Positions 38,443-48,329 of a stretch of 64,000 nt of DNA are shown piece by piece. A program made the position numbers and the translations under genes. Source of the DNA: Gemmatimonadota bacterium. GTDB lineage: Bacteria > Latescibacterota > UBA2968. Under the pieces are notes generated by a model. That model saw only the letters and a list, made by a program, of their open reading frames with translations. It searched no databases and had not been told where the DNA came from. The stretch covers positions 16,142 to 80,141 of the forward strand of contig PBWH01000003.1 of assembly GCA_002727195.1 (NCBI GenBank), given 5' to 3'. Each line of letters begins with the position of its first letter. Positions within the stretch are counted from its first letter, which is position 1.

Positions 38443-39429
38443 CTACAGATCCCAAGGGCGTTTGTAGCGCTGTTCGCCTTCGGCGGTGACCATCTGGTCG
38501 TAGACCTGCTGGAGGGGACGGAGGGCTCTCAGCGCGTCGTCGGCGTTGCAGGAGGGCTCACGTTTTTCGCGAATGGCGTCGAGGAACTCACGGTCTTGGA
38601 CGAGGACGCCGCCTTCGGGGTTGTCAGGCGTCTCGAAGACGACGTCGCCGTTGAAGCGGACGACCTTGCCGTCCAGTTCGAGTGAGCCATTCTCGCAGGT
38701 GTAACGGTTGGCGCGGAACGGCTGGTGGGCGTTGTAGGACAAGCTGACCGTGGCAATGGTGTCATTGGCGTAACGGATCAGCATGCTGAAATCCATCGAG
38801 GTCCCGTTCAGTTCGTGCAGGGGAGCCAGCTCTCCGGCGACACGGCGAATGTCGTGACCGATCGTCCAGAGGGAAAAGTCTACCGAGTGACAGCCGTGGT
38901 GGAACAGGACGTCGTCGGTCCAGCTGCGTTGGTAGCCTGTCCAGCCGACGTTCTCGTGGCGATACCAGCAGCTCATGGCGTGATGCTGGTAGATCGCGCC
39001 GGTTTTTCCGGATTCGATGAACTCCTTGGTGAAGCGACCGACATCGTCGAATCGTCGTGTGTGGGCGACGAGAACCTTCTTGCCGAGTTTCCGAGCCTCT
39101 CCTGCTAGTGTTCTGGCGCCTTTGTGAGACATGGCTATCGGGATCTCGACGAGGACGTGTTTACCTGCCTCAAGCGAGCGAGACGTCTGGTCGTAATGGA
39201 GTTCTGATGGTGAGGTAACGATGACGGCATCGATCGCGTCGTCGGCCAGGGCCGTATCCAGGTCTGTCGTGGCGACATCGGCTGCGTGTTTGTCAGCAAA
39301 GGCGCGTGTCGGCTCGTCTCTCCTCCCTACGATTGTCCGTATGCGAGCGCCTTCCAGATTGGCAACGGCCTCAGCGTGAAACTCGGCGATCCCACCGTAG
39401 CCGATCAGGGCACACTGTATGTCTTCCAC
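38443..39429 (-). CDS. Gfo/Idh/MocA family oxidoreductase
   Basis: IGYGGIA, GKHVLVEIP, HTRRF, RSWTDD..FHHGCHSVD. Confidence 0.88.
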   Translation of the reverse strand: MEDIQCALIGYGGIAEFHAEAVANLEGARIRTIVGRRDEPTRAFADKHAADVATTDLDTALADDAIDAVIVTSPSELHYDQTSRSLEAGKHVLVEIPIAMSHKGARTLAGEARKLGKKVLVAHTRRFDDVGRFTKEFIESGKTGAIYQHHAMSCWYRHENVGWTGYQRSWTDDVLFHHGCHSVDFSLWTIGHDIRRVAGELAPLHELNGTSMDFSMLIRYANDTIATVSLSYNAHQPFRANRYTCENGSLELDGKVVRFNGDVVFETPDNPEGGVLVQDREFLDAIREKREPSCNADDALRALRPLQQVYDQMVTAEGEQRYKRPWDL

Positions 39430-39438
39430 GTGACTCTC

Positions 39439-40956
39439 CTATCTGCACTGCTTGTCAATGAGTGCGTTCAATGCTTTAAGGGCAGGGTAGACATTCGTGT
39501 AGGTGACGAGCACCTGCTGATATCGCTCGACCAATTCTGGATCAGGACTGATCTCGCGGGTCTGATGCTTGACCTGACGGGCCACGTCCTGAGCGTCGTT
39601 GTAGACGCCGCAGCCCAATCCTGCCAACAGGGCGGCGCCGAGCGCAGTTCCCTCTTCCGTTTCTGAAACCGTGATCGTCTTGCCATACACCGCCGACTTG
39701 ATGGACATCAGCAACGCATTGCGCGTTGAGCCTCCGATCGCCACGATGCGTTCAGGTATGTCGATGTCGGCGTACGAAAGCAGTCCGTCCATGCAGAGCT
39801 TTGCCTCCATCGCGATCCCCTCCAGGACGGCGCGGTAGAGGGTGGCCTGATCGACGTCGCCGGTGAGCCCGACGAACGCACCGCGCGACGGTGCATCACC
39901 AAAGGGGGGATTCGCGATGCGCAGGTGAGGCAAGAAGTGGACGCCGCCAGACCCGGGGGGCACTTGGGCTGCCTGATCGAGCATGGTGGCGTGATCGAGG
40001 CTGCCCAGCAGGCGAGAAACCCAATCTACGCTACCACCTGATGAGTAGAGCCCCCCGATCGCGTAGTATTGGTCACGGGCCACGTGGCCACCGACGCTGT
40101 ATCCCTGAGCGGCCACCTCCGGCCGGTTCAGGGGTTTCGTTATTGGGAGGAAATGCGCTTCGGCTGTTCCCAATGAGTTCAGTACTGTTCCGGGATCGAT
40201 CACGCCAACCCCGAATGCCCCACACACGTGGTCGTGGCCTCCCGTCGAAACGGTGGTGCTTGTCGGCAGGCCGGTCAGAGAGGACGCTTCGATAGTGACA
40301 TTCCCGATGGCTTCACCGCTGGGCTTGATCGGTGCGAGGATTCGGTCAGGGAGTTGGCAGGCATCCAGGAGGTCGTAGGCCCAGTCTCTTCGGTCGACGT
40401 CAAACAGGAGGGCACGTGACGCGAGGGAGTGATCCGTCGCTTTCTTGCCGGAGAGGCGGAAGGCTACATAGTCCGCGCTGTTCAGCCAGGTCGCGGTTCG
40501 TGCGAGGACGTCGGGCTCGTTGTCCCGGATCCATAGGAGCTTGCAGAGTCCATAAATCGGCTGGAGCGACATCCGACAAGTCGCGTACACTTTTTCGGCA
40601 CCCACGTGTTCCGCCAGCCAGGCTGCTTGGTCTTTAGACCGGCCGTCGAACCAGGCGATCCCTTTGTAGGTTGGATTACCCGCTGAATCGACGGGGTATC
40701 CTGTTTCTCCCACGCTCGCGACCGCGATGCCACCAACACGTGCAGGAGTGCGCAGCTGTCCAGTCGCATCCGTCAAGACGTCGCATACGGCCGACCAGAT
40801 CTCATGAGGGTCGTAGTGTGCCCAACCCGATCTGGGGTAGTGTGTTGGCGTCGGGGTCGAGGCTGTCGCGATGACTGACCCATCTGGCTCGCAGATGAGT
40901 GCCTTGATGTTCGTGGTCCCGACATCGAGACCGGCAAGTAGAACGCAGGAGTCCAT
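39439..40956 (-). CDS. FGGY family carbohydrate kinase (xylulokinase/fuculokinase-like)
   Basis: GLDVGTTNIK, GGHDH, SLGTAE, RAVLEG, IGGS, ALGAALLAG. Confidence 0.9.
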   Translation of the reverse strand: MDSCVLLAGLDVGTTNIKALICEPDGSVIATASTPTPTHYPRSGWAHYDPHEIWSAVCDVLTDATGQLRTPARVGGIAVASVGETGYPVDSAGNPTYKGIAWFDGRSKDQAAWLAEHVGAEKVYATCRMSLQPIYGLCKLLWIRDNEPDVLARTATWLNSADYVAFRLSGKKATDHSLASRALLFDVDRRDWAYDLLDACQLPDRILAPIKPSGEAIGNVTIEASSLTGLPTSTTVSTGGHDHVCGAFGVGVIDPGTVLNSLGTAEAHFLPITKPLNRPEVAAQGYSVGGHVARDQYYAIGGLYSSGGSVDWVSRLLGSLDHATMLDQAAQVPPGSGGVHFLPHLRIANPPFGDAPSRGAFVGLTGDVDQATLYRAVLEGIAMEAKLCMDGLLSYADIDIPERIVAIGGSTRNALLMSIKSAVYGKTITVSETEEGTALGAALLAGLGCGVYNDAQDVARQVKHQTREISPDPELVERYQQVLVTYTNVYPALKALNALIDKQCR

Positions 40957-41044
40957 GGAACCACAAAGACACGAAGGCAGGAAGAAGGCAAAGGGAAAAT
41001 CTGGCTACAGCTCCAGGATTGGGTTAATTGTGGCCTTCGGCGAC

Positions 41045-41086
41045 AAGTCAAAAGCTTGGAACGCAGATAACGCAGAGGGCGCCGAG
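41045..41086 (+). repeat. Purine-rich 9-nt-period repeat family A
   Basis: AAGTCAAAAGCTTGGAACGCAGATAACGCAGAGGGCGCCGAG; homologous copies at 42134, 45690, 50472, 59215. Confidence 0.7.
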
Positions 41087-41222
41087 TGTGGGGAAACGTG
41101 CCGGATAGCAGGATTCTCGAATAGTGGGGACCGCGTTTGGCCCTAGGCTTCACAGGCGAGAAGAGCTCCGTGCGTCAATGAGCAGAGGAACCGCAGGGAA
41201 ATACTACCATTCAGGAGGAAGC

Positions 41223-42122
41223 ATGGAGAAAATAGGGTTTGTCGGACTTGGCATCATGGGGAAGCCCATGGCGCTGAATATTATCAAGGCGGGTTATGAT
41301 CTCACGTTCTATGCAAGGCGTCAGGACGTGATTGATGAGGTGTCGGGCGCGGGAGGACACTCGGTTGGGTCCTCGCGGGAGGTCGCTGAGGCAGTCGAAA
41401 TTATCTGCACGTGCTTGACCGCGGACCTGCAGGTTCGTGAGGTCATCCTGGGGGCTGACGGCATCCTCGAAGGGGCGAACGCAGGGAATCTCATCGTAGA
41501 CATGTCGACAATCTCTCCGCTGACCATTCGTGAGGTGGCGAAGGAAGCTAAAAAAAAAAAGGTATGCGTTATGGATGCGCCTGTGAGTGGTGGTGACACA
41601 GGAGCGATCGCGGGTACGTTGACGATTATCGCCGGTGGGTCTAAAGAGGATTTCGATCGCTGTCAGGGCATCTTCGAGGCGATGGGCAACCCCGATAATG
41701 TCTTCCACGTGGGGGAGGTCGGGGTCGGTCAGACGGTCAAGATCGTGAATCAGATGATCGGCGGCGCGAACATGGCGGTGATTGCCGAAGGCTTGACTGT
41801 GGGCGTGAAGGCGGGAGCCGATCCGCAGGCGATGGCCAAGGTGATTGGCGTCAGCTCAGGGAATTCTACGCTGTTCCAGATCCGGGCAGAGGACTTCCTG
41901 CTCAAGGATCAGTATGCGCCCGGCTTCACTCTCGACCTGATGAAGAAGGATATTGGAATCGGATTGGATCTGGGGAAGTCGATGGATATTCCGGTTCCGA
42001 TTGCGGCGGCTGCCTACCAGATGTATGCGGCGGCGAGCACGCTTGGTCACGGGAGTGATGACTTTGCTGCAGTGAGTAAGGCGATCGAGAAGCTGACGGG
42101 GATCAACCTGGGAAAGAGTTGA
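41223..42122 (+). CDS. Beta-hydroxyacid dehydrogenase (2-hydroxy-3-oxopropionate reductase/GarR-like)
   Basis: GFVGLGIMGKPM, DMSTISP, DAPVSGG, GQTVKIVN, FTLDLMKKD; AGGAGG SD. Confidence 0.88.
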   Translation: MEKIGFVGLGIMGKPMALNIIKAGYDLTFYARRQDVIDEVSGAGGHSVGSSREVAEAVEIICTCLTADLQVREVILGADGILEGANAGNLIVDMSTISPLTIREVAKEAKKKKVCVMDAPVSGGDTGAIAGTLTIIAGGSKEDFDRCQGIFEAMGNPDNVFHVGEVGVGQTVKIVNQMIGGANMAVIAEGLTVGVKAGADPQAMAKVIGVSSGNSTLFQIRAEDFLLKDQYAPGFTLDLMKKDIGIGLDLGKSMDIPVPIAAAAYQMYAAASTLGHGSDDFAAVSKAIEKLTGINLGKS

Positions 42123-42133
42123 CCGGCAGACCA

Positions 42134-42175
42134 AAGTCAAGGGCTTTCAACGCAGACAGCGCAGAGGACGCAGAG
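42134..42175 (+). repeat. Repeat family A copy
   Basis: AAGTCAAGGGCTTTCAACGCAGACAGCGCAGAGGACGCAGAG. Confidence 0.7.
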
Positions 42176-42237
42176 AGAAGGCAGGGCAAGATCAAATGTG
42201 TTTTGCCACCAAGGACACCACCAAGAGAGTCAGAGAG

Positions 42238-42262
42238 TATCAGCCCCGAAGTGGGCGACCGG
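42238..42262 (-). repeat. Repeat family B half-copy (inverted)
   Basis: Reverse complement CCGGTCGCCCACTTCGGGGCTGATA matches the 3' hairpin of the 23641 and 38357 elements. Confidence 0.55.
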
Positions 42263-42358
42263 CACAAACACGGGTGCCGCGACATTCCGGTGCACCAGGG
42301 AACGAATGACTTTCTGCGCCGAGAATGGTCCTCTATCATGCCTGGAACGCTGAATGCG

Positions 42359-43813
42359 CTAGGCCTTTCTGCCGCCGGCGAATCCGGTGTATTCGTCGAG
42401 GAACCATTCTGCCTGTTTGGTCATGTAGACGCTGATTTCGTCGCCCTTGAAGGCGAATGAGGCTCTCAGGGCGCCCAGGTGGATGTCAGTGATCAGGACA
42501 TCGAGGTTGAGGGTTTGGTCGTCCACCCAGGCAGCGGAGGCGAGGCACTCGTACTCGATGCCGGGAGACACGCCAATCTGTTTGCCGAAGTAGTTTCGCT
42601 GCGGAAATCTGTCCGAGGCCATCTTCCCGATCCCGAAGCGGAGAGTGTTGTCGCCCTGGGCGTTCGTGTATTCCCACGTGCCCTCGTCGCCATCGAAGGA
42701 GAATCGTATTCTGGTGATGCCCATCGGGTTGTCATCCAGGCTGTACCAAACGCTATCGACACGGGTTGCTCCTGATTCTGAGGGTGTCGGCAGTGGCTGG
42801 ATCTGGAGTTGTTCGATCTTTTCTGTAAGTCTGGCCTGGGCCGTCGGACTCTCTGGAAGTGGCGAGTGCGAAAGGTGGGGAAGCAACTCCTCCCGCACTA
42901 CGATGGGGATATCCGTCCCTGCCGGAGCGCCTTGAGTATCCGCGGTATACGTAACCTGGAATCCAGTGTCCGGGAAGCACATCGCTCGTTGACTGCCCAT
43001 TCCCCGGAAAGAAAACCCGTTGCCCCTTTCTCTCCAGATATGGTATCCATAGCCGACGTGCCCCCGAATGGCGTTGTCGACTTGCTTCGCTGTTGCCTCT
43101 CTCACGTAGTTTTCCGGTAAGACCTCTTCCTCTCCCCATCTCCCACCGTTCAGGCATACGAGCGCGACCTTCGCCAGGTCCCGAAGCGTGCAGATGACGC
43201 CTGATCCGCCCCAGGAGAAGCCCTCCGGTGTTTTGATACAGAAGGCGTCTGACGAGAATCCGATCCGATCCAGGAAACGGGGACGCATATAGTCGAGGAA
43301 CGGCATCGCCGTGAGCCGCTCGACGGTGGCGGTCAGGACGACGGTTGCAGAGGTGTCGTAGGAGAAAAGGGTGCCGGGCGGATGCGAGGGAGGTTTGTTG
43401 AAGAAGGTCCAGACCCAGTCTGGATCGTCTCGGGTGTATGACGTCCGGGTCAGGGCGGTCGACATCGTTAGCAGATCACGAACCGTTGACGCGGCGACCC
43501 ATGGATGAGGGTCTTCCGGAAGCTTGTCTGGGAAGTGGTCAGCGACTCGGTCGTCGAGGTTGAGCCTGCCTTCGTCGATCAGCATGCCGACGGCGAGCGA
43601 AACGAAGCTTTTGCTGATCGAGTACATCCGGTGTTTACGGTCGACGGTCCAGGGCGCCCAATAGCCTTCCGCGGCGATCTGGTTGTGACGCACGAGCAGG
43701 ATGCCGTGCATGTTGATTCGTTCGTCGTCGATTCGGTTCAAGAATCGAAGGACTGCCTCCGAGGGAATGCCGACGCTTTCCGGTGTTGTTGGTGTGAACC
43801 AGTCTGTTTCCAT
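42359..43813 (-). CDS. Serine hydrolase (beta-lactamase/AmpC-like family)
   Basis: TPESVGI, SISK (SxxK), DLLTM, PGTLFSY, DLAK, YGYHIW, GMGSQ; no signal peptide. Confidence 0.85.
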   Translation of the reverse strand: METDWFTPTTPESVGIPSEAVLRFLNRIDDERINMHGILLVRHNQIAAEGYWAPWTVDRKHRMYSISKSFVSLAVGMLIDEGRLNLDDRVADHFPDKLPEDPHPWVAASTVRDLLTMSTALTRTSYTRDDPDWVWTFFNKPPSHPPGTLFSYDTSATVVLTATVERLTAMPFLDYMRPRFLDRIGFSSDAFCIKTPEGFSWGGSGVICTLRDLAKVALVCLNGGRWGEEEVLPENYVREATAKQVDNAIRGHVGYGYHIWRERGNGFSFRGMGSQRAMCFPDTGFQVTYTADTQGAPAGTDIPIVVREELLPHLSHSPLPESPTAQARLTEKIEQLQIQPLPTPSESGATRVDSVWYSLDDNPMGITRIRFSFDGDEGTWEYTNAQGDNTLRFGIGKMASDRFPQRNYFGKQIGVSPGIEYECLASAAWVDDQTLNLDVLITDIHLGALRASFAFKGDEISVYMTKQAEWFLDEYTGFAGGRKA

Positions 43814-43831
43814 TTGTCTCTTTACTTGGTT

Positions 43832-44237
43832 TTAAACTCGATCAGGACCGAGTGGCGTGTCTACAGTATTCTCCAGGGCGTGCGTCCACTCACTGGGCCT
43901 CTCGACAAATGCTCCAGTTGGGATGGTCTTTGTAGCTGTCGAACCGTCTGCTTCTGTGATCAGCAGCGTGGCTCCCTCGACGAAACACGCAACCATTGGT
44001 GGATGGGTATGTTCGGTTGCAAGCTCACCCTTCGCCAACTGATGGTCCACTATGCGTACGGTCTCGTTCTAGAAGAGCACTCTATAGAAAGGGGGGGAGG
44101 TCAGGAAGCCGTGTGGTAAGGTTCGGGGAAGCCTCGACCTTTTGATCTGTTTCGGCTGCAGACTCGGCGAAGTACAGGCTGGAGCCAACTGTGCCGATCA
44201 ACACGTCGGCGACCAGGGTCATCAGGCTCTGCTTCAT
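43832..44237 (-). pseudogene. Secreted cupin-domain protein, decayed
   Basis: GGAGG SD then MKQSLMTLV... signal peptide; frameshift near the G7 run at 44091; continues YRVLF*NETVRIVDHQLAKGE...HTHP...THALEN, a cupin signature with E->stop. Confidence 0.7.
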
Positions 44238-44311
44238 GATTGATCCTCCAATGAACGAGTTGCTCTGCCTCTGCAGATTGGGCATCGACTGTCTTCCGGC
44301 TCGTGCCATCT

Positions 44312-44480
44312 CTAGAGGCCTTGACCGCCACGTTTCTGCGAGAAGAGCCAGTCCAAGAGATCTGGCGTGTCGTAAGCTTGCGGTGCGCAGCAGTGGCCGA
44401 CCCCGTTGAACTCAGTATATCGAGGCACGCCATCAACAATCTGAAATTCACGAGGCAATCAGGCTTGTGGAACCTGATCC
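44312..44480 (-). pseudogene. C-terminal remnant of a predicted peptidase/esterase (COG4099-like alpha/beta hydrolase)
   Basis: Minus frame DQVPQA*...DGVPRYTEFNGVGHCCAPQAYDTPDLLDWLFSQKR matches the family's YTE.PGVGH..W..AY....L.WLF.Q tail. Confidence 0.6.
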
Positions 44481-44546
44481 GTTGTAGTCACTATAAGCAA
44501 CACGGTGAGACGCGAAGGTGCTCGAATCGGTTGTGCAAGCGATGGA

Positions 44547-45665
44547 TCAGGCTGGATCTTCGATACAGAAGCGGATCACCATCTGCGCGAAGATGTCCAC
44601 GCCCTTCTTGAGCTGATCGGGCTCGATCCATTCGTCGATGGTGTGCGCCTGTTTGATGTTGCCGGGACCAAGGACGACGAGTTCCATTGATTTCCCGAAG
44701 ATCATCCCGTCGGTGCCGTAGGATACGGTTTTGGGCTTCCGTTTACCTGTGACCGAGAGCGCTTCTGAAACGATTCGGGAGTCGATGGGGGTGTTCAGGG
44801 GGGTCAGGCTGTCTGAGATCTTCGCCTTGACGCCATATTTCTTGGCCATCTCGCGAATCAGCTTCTTGACCGGTTCCCAATCGTGTCCGGGAATCGGGCG
44901 TGTGTTCACGAGCGCGGCACTGTTCTCGGCGGTGATGTTGGAGGCCGTGTTGCCTTCCGTCCAGACGATGTTGAACGGTGAGTAGGGGGGCGTGAAGGTC
45001 TTGTCCGTGTATCGACGGTCCGTCTTCAGCTTTTCTCCCAGCTTAAGGACTTCGTTCAGGAACGGTATCATCAGGTGATTTGCGTTCGTGCCCTTACCCG
45101 TACTGCTATGGGTCGCCAGGCCCTTTGCTCGTGCATCGATCTTGAAGGATCCCTTGTGGGCATAGACCACATCGAGCATCGTGGGTTCGCCGATGATTCC
45201 GTATTTACAGCCCTTAAGCGTCTTCGAATGCTTGTGGACCCAAGCAGCGCCGCCGCAATTGATTTCCTCGTCAGACGTGACGACGACGTAGATCGGCTGC
45301 TTCAGGTCGCGGGCATTGAACCGCTCAGCCGTCGCAATCATGCAGGCGACTGAGCCCTTCATGTCCGCGCTGCCTCTGCCGTAGAGCAGGCCCTTCTTCT
45401 TTGTCAGCTTGAAGGGGTCCCAGGCCCAACCTTCGGCCGGTACGACGTCGTTGTGTCCCATCATGGCCAAGCCGCCCTTGCCCTTACCCTTCTTGCCCAC
45501 GAGGCAGACCTTGGTGACACCGTTCGGGTCGGCGTACTGGAGTCGCTCCACTGAAAGACCAGCCTCCCGCATGCGCTTGGCCATTGCCGCAGAGCACTTC
45601 GCGTTGCTTAGGTTGCTCACTGTGTTGTAGCTGACGAACTCCGCCGTCAGATCGATGACATTCAT
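44547..45665 (-). CDS. argE: M20 family metallopeptidase, acetylornithine deacetylase-like
   Basis: GHNDVVP, YGRGSADMKG, DEE, IGEPT, AHKG, YGTDG, GPGNIKQAHTIDE. Confidence 0.75.
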   Translation of the reverse strand: MNVIDLTAEFVSYNTVSNLSNAKCSAAMAKRMREAGLSVERLQYADPNGVTKVCLVGKKGKGKGGLAMMGHNDVVPAEGWAWDPFKLTKKKGLLYGRGSADMKGSVACMIATAERFNARDLKQPIYVVVTSDEEINCGGAAWVHKHSKTLKGCKYGIIGEPTMLDVVYAHKGSFKIDARAKGLATHSSTGKGTNANHLMIPFLNEVLKLGEKLKTDRRYTDKTFTPPYSPFNIVWTEGNTASNITAENSAALVNTRPIPGHDWEPVKKLIREMAKKYGVKAKISDSLTPLNTPIDSRIVSEALSVTGKRKPKTVSYGTDGMIFGKSMELVVLGPGNIKQAHTIDEWIEPDQLKKGVDIFAQMVIRFCIEDPA

Positions 45666-45689
45666 GGTTTCTCCGTACTGTTTAAGCTG

Positions 45690-45735
45690 AAATCGAAAAA
45701 CCTTTGAACCGCAGAGTAGTAGAGGACGCAGAGAA
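45690..45735 (+). repeat. Repeat family A copy
   Basis: AAATCGAAAAACCTTTGAACCGCAGAGTAGTAGAGGACGCAGAGAA. Confidence 0.55.
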
Positions 45736-45971
45736 AACAAGGGGACAGTCCCAGCAGAACCGGAACACAGTACCACCTCGTGGATTGGATCTAACCCATG
45801 AGCCCGAAAGACTACAGTAGCGGCCAATATACCTCTCCCTATAGGCCGGGTCAACGAAGGGACCGCAACCCCCTGCTTGACTTCAGAACAAGCGCTCGCT
45901 TTCTTTGATCTTGCTTTACTTAGGTTTCGCCCGGTTACAGATGGCGGTCAAACCCCAGTAAGAGGTGCGCT

Positions 45972-46502
45972 GTGTCGGATGATGTGAAGTTGGTCAAAAC
46001 CCTCCTTGACATTCCGTTATTCGAGGATCTGGACTACACGCAGGTACAGAGCATCGTCGACGTCGGCCGACGGGAGTCTGTCACGCCGGGTGCGGTGCTG
46101 AGCGAGCCTCGAACGATCGATGAACGACTGATCGTTCTGCTCGATGGCCGACTCAGGCTCGAATCCGCCACTGGTGATCTGCTCGACTACCAGCTTCCTG
46201 TCCGCGTAATCGGTGAGATGGGGGTGTTTACGGGTCAGATTCGGTCGACAAGAACCGTCGTCGAAGACCCCTCGGACATCCTGATCCTGGATGCGTCTGC
46301 GCTGGATGAGATGCTGGCAGAGGATCCCCAGATGGGGAACCACATGTTGGCCAATCTGATCAAGCTGCTTTACACAAGGCTTTATGATGTGAATCAGGAG
46401 ATGGAGCATCTTCGGGAGACAGTCAACCGACTCAAGTCGAGAGTCCAGGAACTGCAGCCCGACGACCCGCTGCTGGCGGAGCTGTTTCCGCCCGAAGAAT
46501 GA
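45972..46502 (+). CDS. Cyclic-nucleotide-binding-domain protein with C-terminal coiled coil (no HTH)
   Basis: IPLFEDL, LLDGRL, IGEMGVFTGQIRST, heptad-like C-terminus. Confidence 0.8.
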   Translation: MSDDVKLVKTLLDIPLFEDLDYTQVQSIVDVGRRESVTPGAVLSEPRTIDERLIVLLDGRLRLESATGDLLDYQLPVRVIGEMGVFTGQIRSTRTVVEDPSDILILDASALDEMLAEDPQMGNHMLANLIKLLYTRLYDVNQEMEHLRETVNRLKSRVQELQPDDPLLAELFPPEE

Positions 46503-46525
46503 TCGAAACCTGATCGCCCTATACC

Positions 46526-46571
46526 ACGGCCTCCCAAAGACGCTAAGCGTTCGGATGGAGGCCGTTTTTTT
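46526..46571 (+). terminator. Rho-independent terminator
   Basis: ACGGCCTCC...GGAGGCCGT stem followed by a T run. Confidence 0.75.
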
Positions 46572-46587
46572 AGCAGACGGAGGCAGT

Positions 46588-48216
46588 ATGGCGTTTTCGA
46601 CAGAAGGCACGACCCATCGGTCAACGGTGACAGGAACTCGCGGTATGGTGGCCAGTGCTCATCCGTTGGCGACCCTGGCCGGCACGAGGATTCTTCTACA
46701 GGGAGGGAACGCTTTTGACGCGATCGTTGCTACCGCGGCTGCGCTCAACGTAGTCGAGCCGTATATGTCGGGAATCGCCGGTGTCGGGTATGCACTCGCT
46801 TACTCGGCAGCAGACGAGAAGTTGCGCGTATTGGACTACTGCGGTCGTACACCTTACGCGGCGACTCCAGACCTGTATCCGACAGAAGATCTGCAAGAGG
46901 GCGGGATCAAGTCACCCCTGGTGCCTGGGGCGTGTGGTGGGTGGCTGACTCTTCTGGAAACATATGGGACGATGGACCGTGAGACTGTGTTCGCACCCGC
47001 TATCGAGCTTGCTGAAGGCGGCTACGCGTTCACGGTCAAGAATCACATCCACACGGATGGCGCGGTCCCACGGCTGCGACCGACCGGACTCGAGATCATT
47101 GCACCGAATGGGCGCTCTCCGAGGCCCGGTGAGATTCTTGTCCAGGAGAAGCTCGGCTGCTCCTTTCGACGGGTCGTGGAGGGCGGGAAAGAGGTGTTCT
47201 ATCAGGGTGACCTGGCAAAGGACATGATCGACTTCATCGACCGGGAAGGCGGGATCCTGACGCATCAGGATCTAGAGGATTTTTCTGCTGAGTGGGTTGA
47301 TCCGGTGACGACAAACTACCGTGGATTCGATGTCTACACGCCTCCGCCGCCGAGCGCAGGATTCCAGATTCTCCAGACCTTGAACATGCTCGAGAACGAT
47401 GATCTCGTCGCGATGGGACACCTGACGACCGAGACGCTTCATCTTCTGATCGAGTCGCTAAAGCTTTCGAACGCGGATCGTGTGGCTTACGCCGCATCCG
47501 AGCGCCCGCCGATCGACGGTCTGTTGTCGAAGGATTATGCAGCGAAGCGCAGGGCGCTGGTCGGGGATCGTGCGGCGGTCACGGGTGGCGAGTATTTCCC
47601 CGCTGCTCCGGTGAGCGGTGCGGTCGTGGCCGGGTCCGAGCCGGGCTGGATCAACGAGTGTACCACGCACTTTGACGCCGTGGATGCTGAAGGAAATGCG
47701 GTGGCCATCACACAGAGCCTCGGCTCCGGCTATGGGTCCGGTGTCGCGGTTGGCGAGACGGGCATGTTCATCAATAACTTCATCAAGTGGGCGGATACGG
47801 TGCCCGGAAGCCCAAATTGTATTGAGCCGCACAAGAAGATCGATCAATGCCTTTCGCCTTGCCAGATCTGGCGAGACGGGCGACTCGTGTCAGCTCTCGG
47901 GACGCCGGGCAGCTGGGGCATCCAGCAGACGACCACGCAGTTCATGACCAACTTTATGACTTATGGGATGAACATCCAGGCGGCGATCGAGGCTCCGCGA
48001 TTCAGGTTCGGGGAGCCGGGCAAGGAGATCAGGATCGAAGCTCGGGTTCCTTCGGAGGTACGAGATGCACTGACGGAGAAGGGACACGAGCTGGATGTGT
48101 TACCGCCGATTTCGCCGATCGTGGGAGGCGCGCAGGGGATTGTGATGGATCAAGAATCTGGCTCGTTTATGGGAGGGGCGGATCCACGGCGTGATGGGTA
48201 TGCGATAGGGATCTAG
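46588..48216 (+). CDS. ggt: Gamma-glutamyltransferase family protein
   Basis: GGNAFDA, VEPYMSG, FYQG, PPPS, autoprocessing TTH, GTPG, APRF, GADPRRDG. Confidence 0.85.
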   Translation: MAFSTEGTTHRSTVTGTRGMVASAHPLATLAGTRILLQGGNAFDAIVATAAALNVVEPYMSGIAGVGYALAYSAADEKLRVLDYCGRTPYAATPDLYPTEDLQEGGIKSPLVPGACGGWLTLLETYGTMDRETVFAPAIELAEGGYAFTVKNHIHTDGAVPRLRPTGLEIIAPNGRSPRPGEILVQEKLGCSFRRVVEGGKEVFYQGDLAKDMIDFIDREGGILTHQDLEDFSAEWVDPVTTNYRGFDVYTPPPPSAGFQILQTLNMLENDDLVAMGHLTTETLHLLIESLKLSNADRVAYAASERPPIDGLLSKDYAAKRRALVGDRAAVTGGEYFPAAPVSGAVVAGSEPGWINECTTHFDAVDAEGNAVAITQSLGSGYGSGVAVGETGMFINNFIKWADTVPGSPNCIEPHKKIDQCLSPCQIWRDGRLVSALGTPGSWGIQQTTTQFMTNFMTYGMNIQAAIEAPRFRFGEPGKEIRIEARVPSEVRDALTEKGHELDVLPPISPIVGGAQGIVMDQESGSFMGGADPRRDGYAIGI

Positions 48217-48220
48217 GGCA

Positions 48221-48300
48221 GAATCGAATGTCGAATATCGAATGTAGAATCTAGAATGCCGAAGGTTACTTCGTGATTCGATATTCGATGCTCTGCGGTT
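48221..48300. repeat. Tandem heptamer array with inverted copies (long imperfect hairpin)
   Basis: CGAATGT CGAATAT CGAATGT AGAATCT AGAATGC CGAAG-gtta-CTTCG TGATTCG ATATTCG. Confidence 0.8.
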
Positions 48301-48329
48301 GCTCTATCTTTGGAAATCAATGAGACCAC

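Noticed and set aside
42359-43813. Beta-lactam resistance gene
   Set aside because: No signal peptide, YDT instead of YxN, and an extra C-terminal domain; this fits a generic cytoplasmic serine hydrolase.
40959-48300. CRISPR array from the short repeats
   Set aside because: No constant repeat with regular unique spacers and no cas genes.
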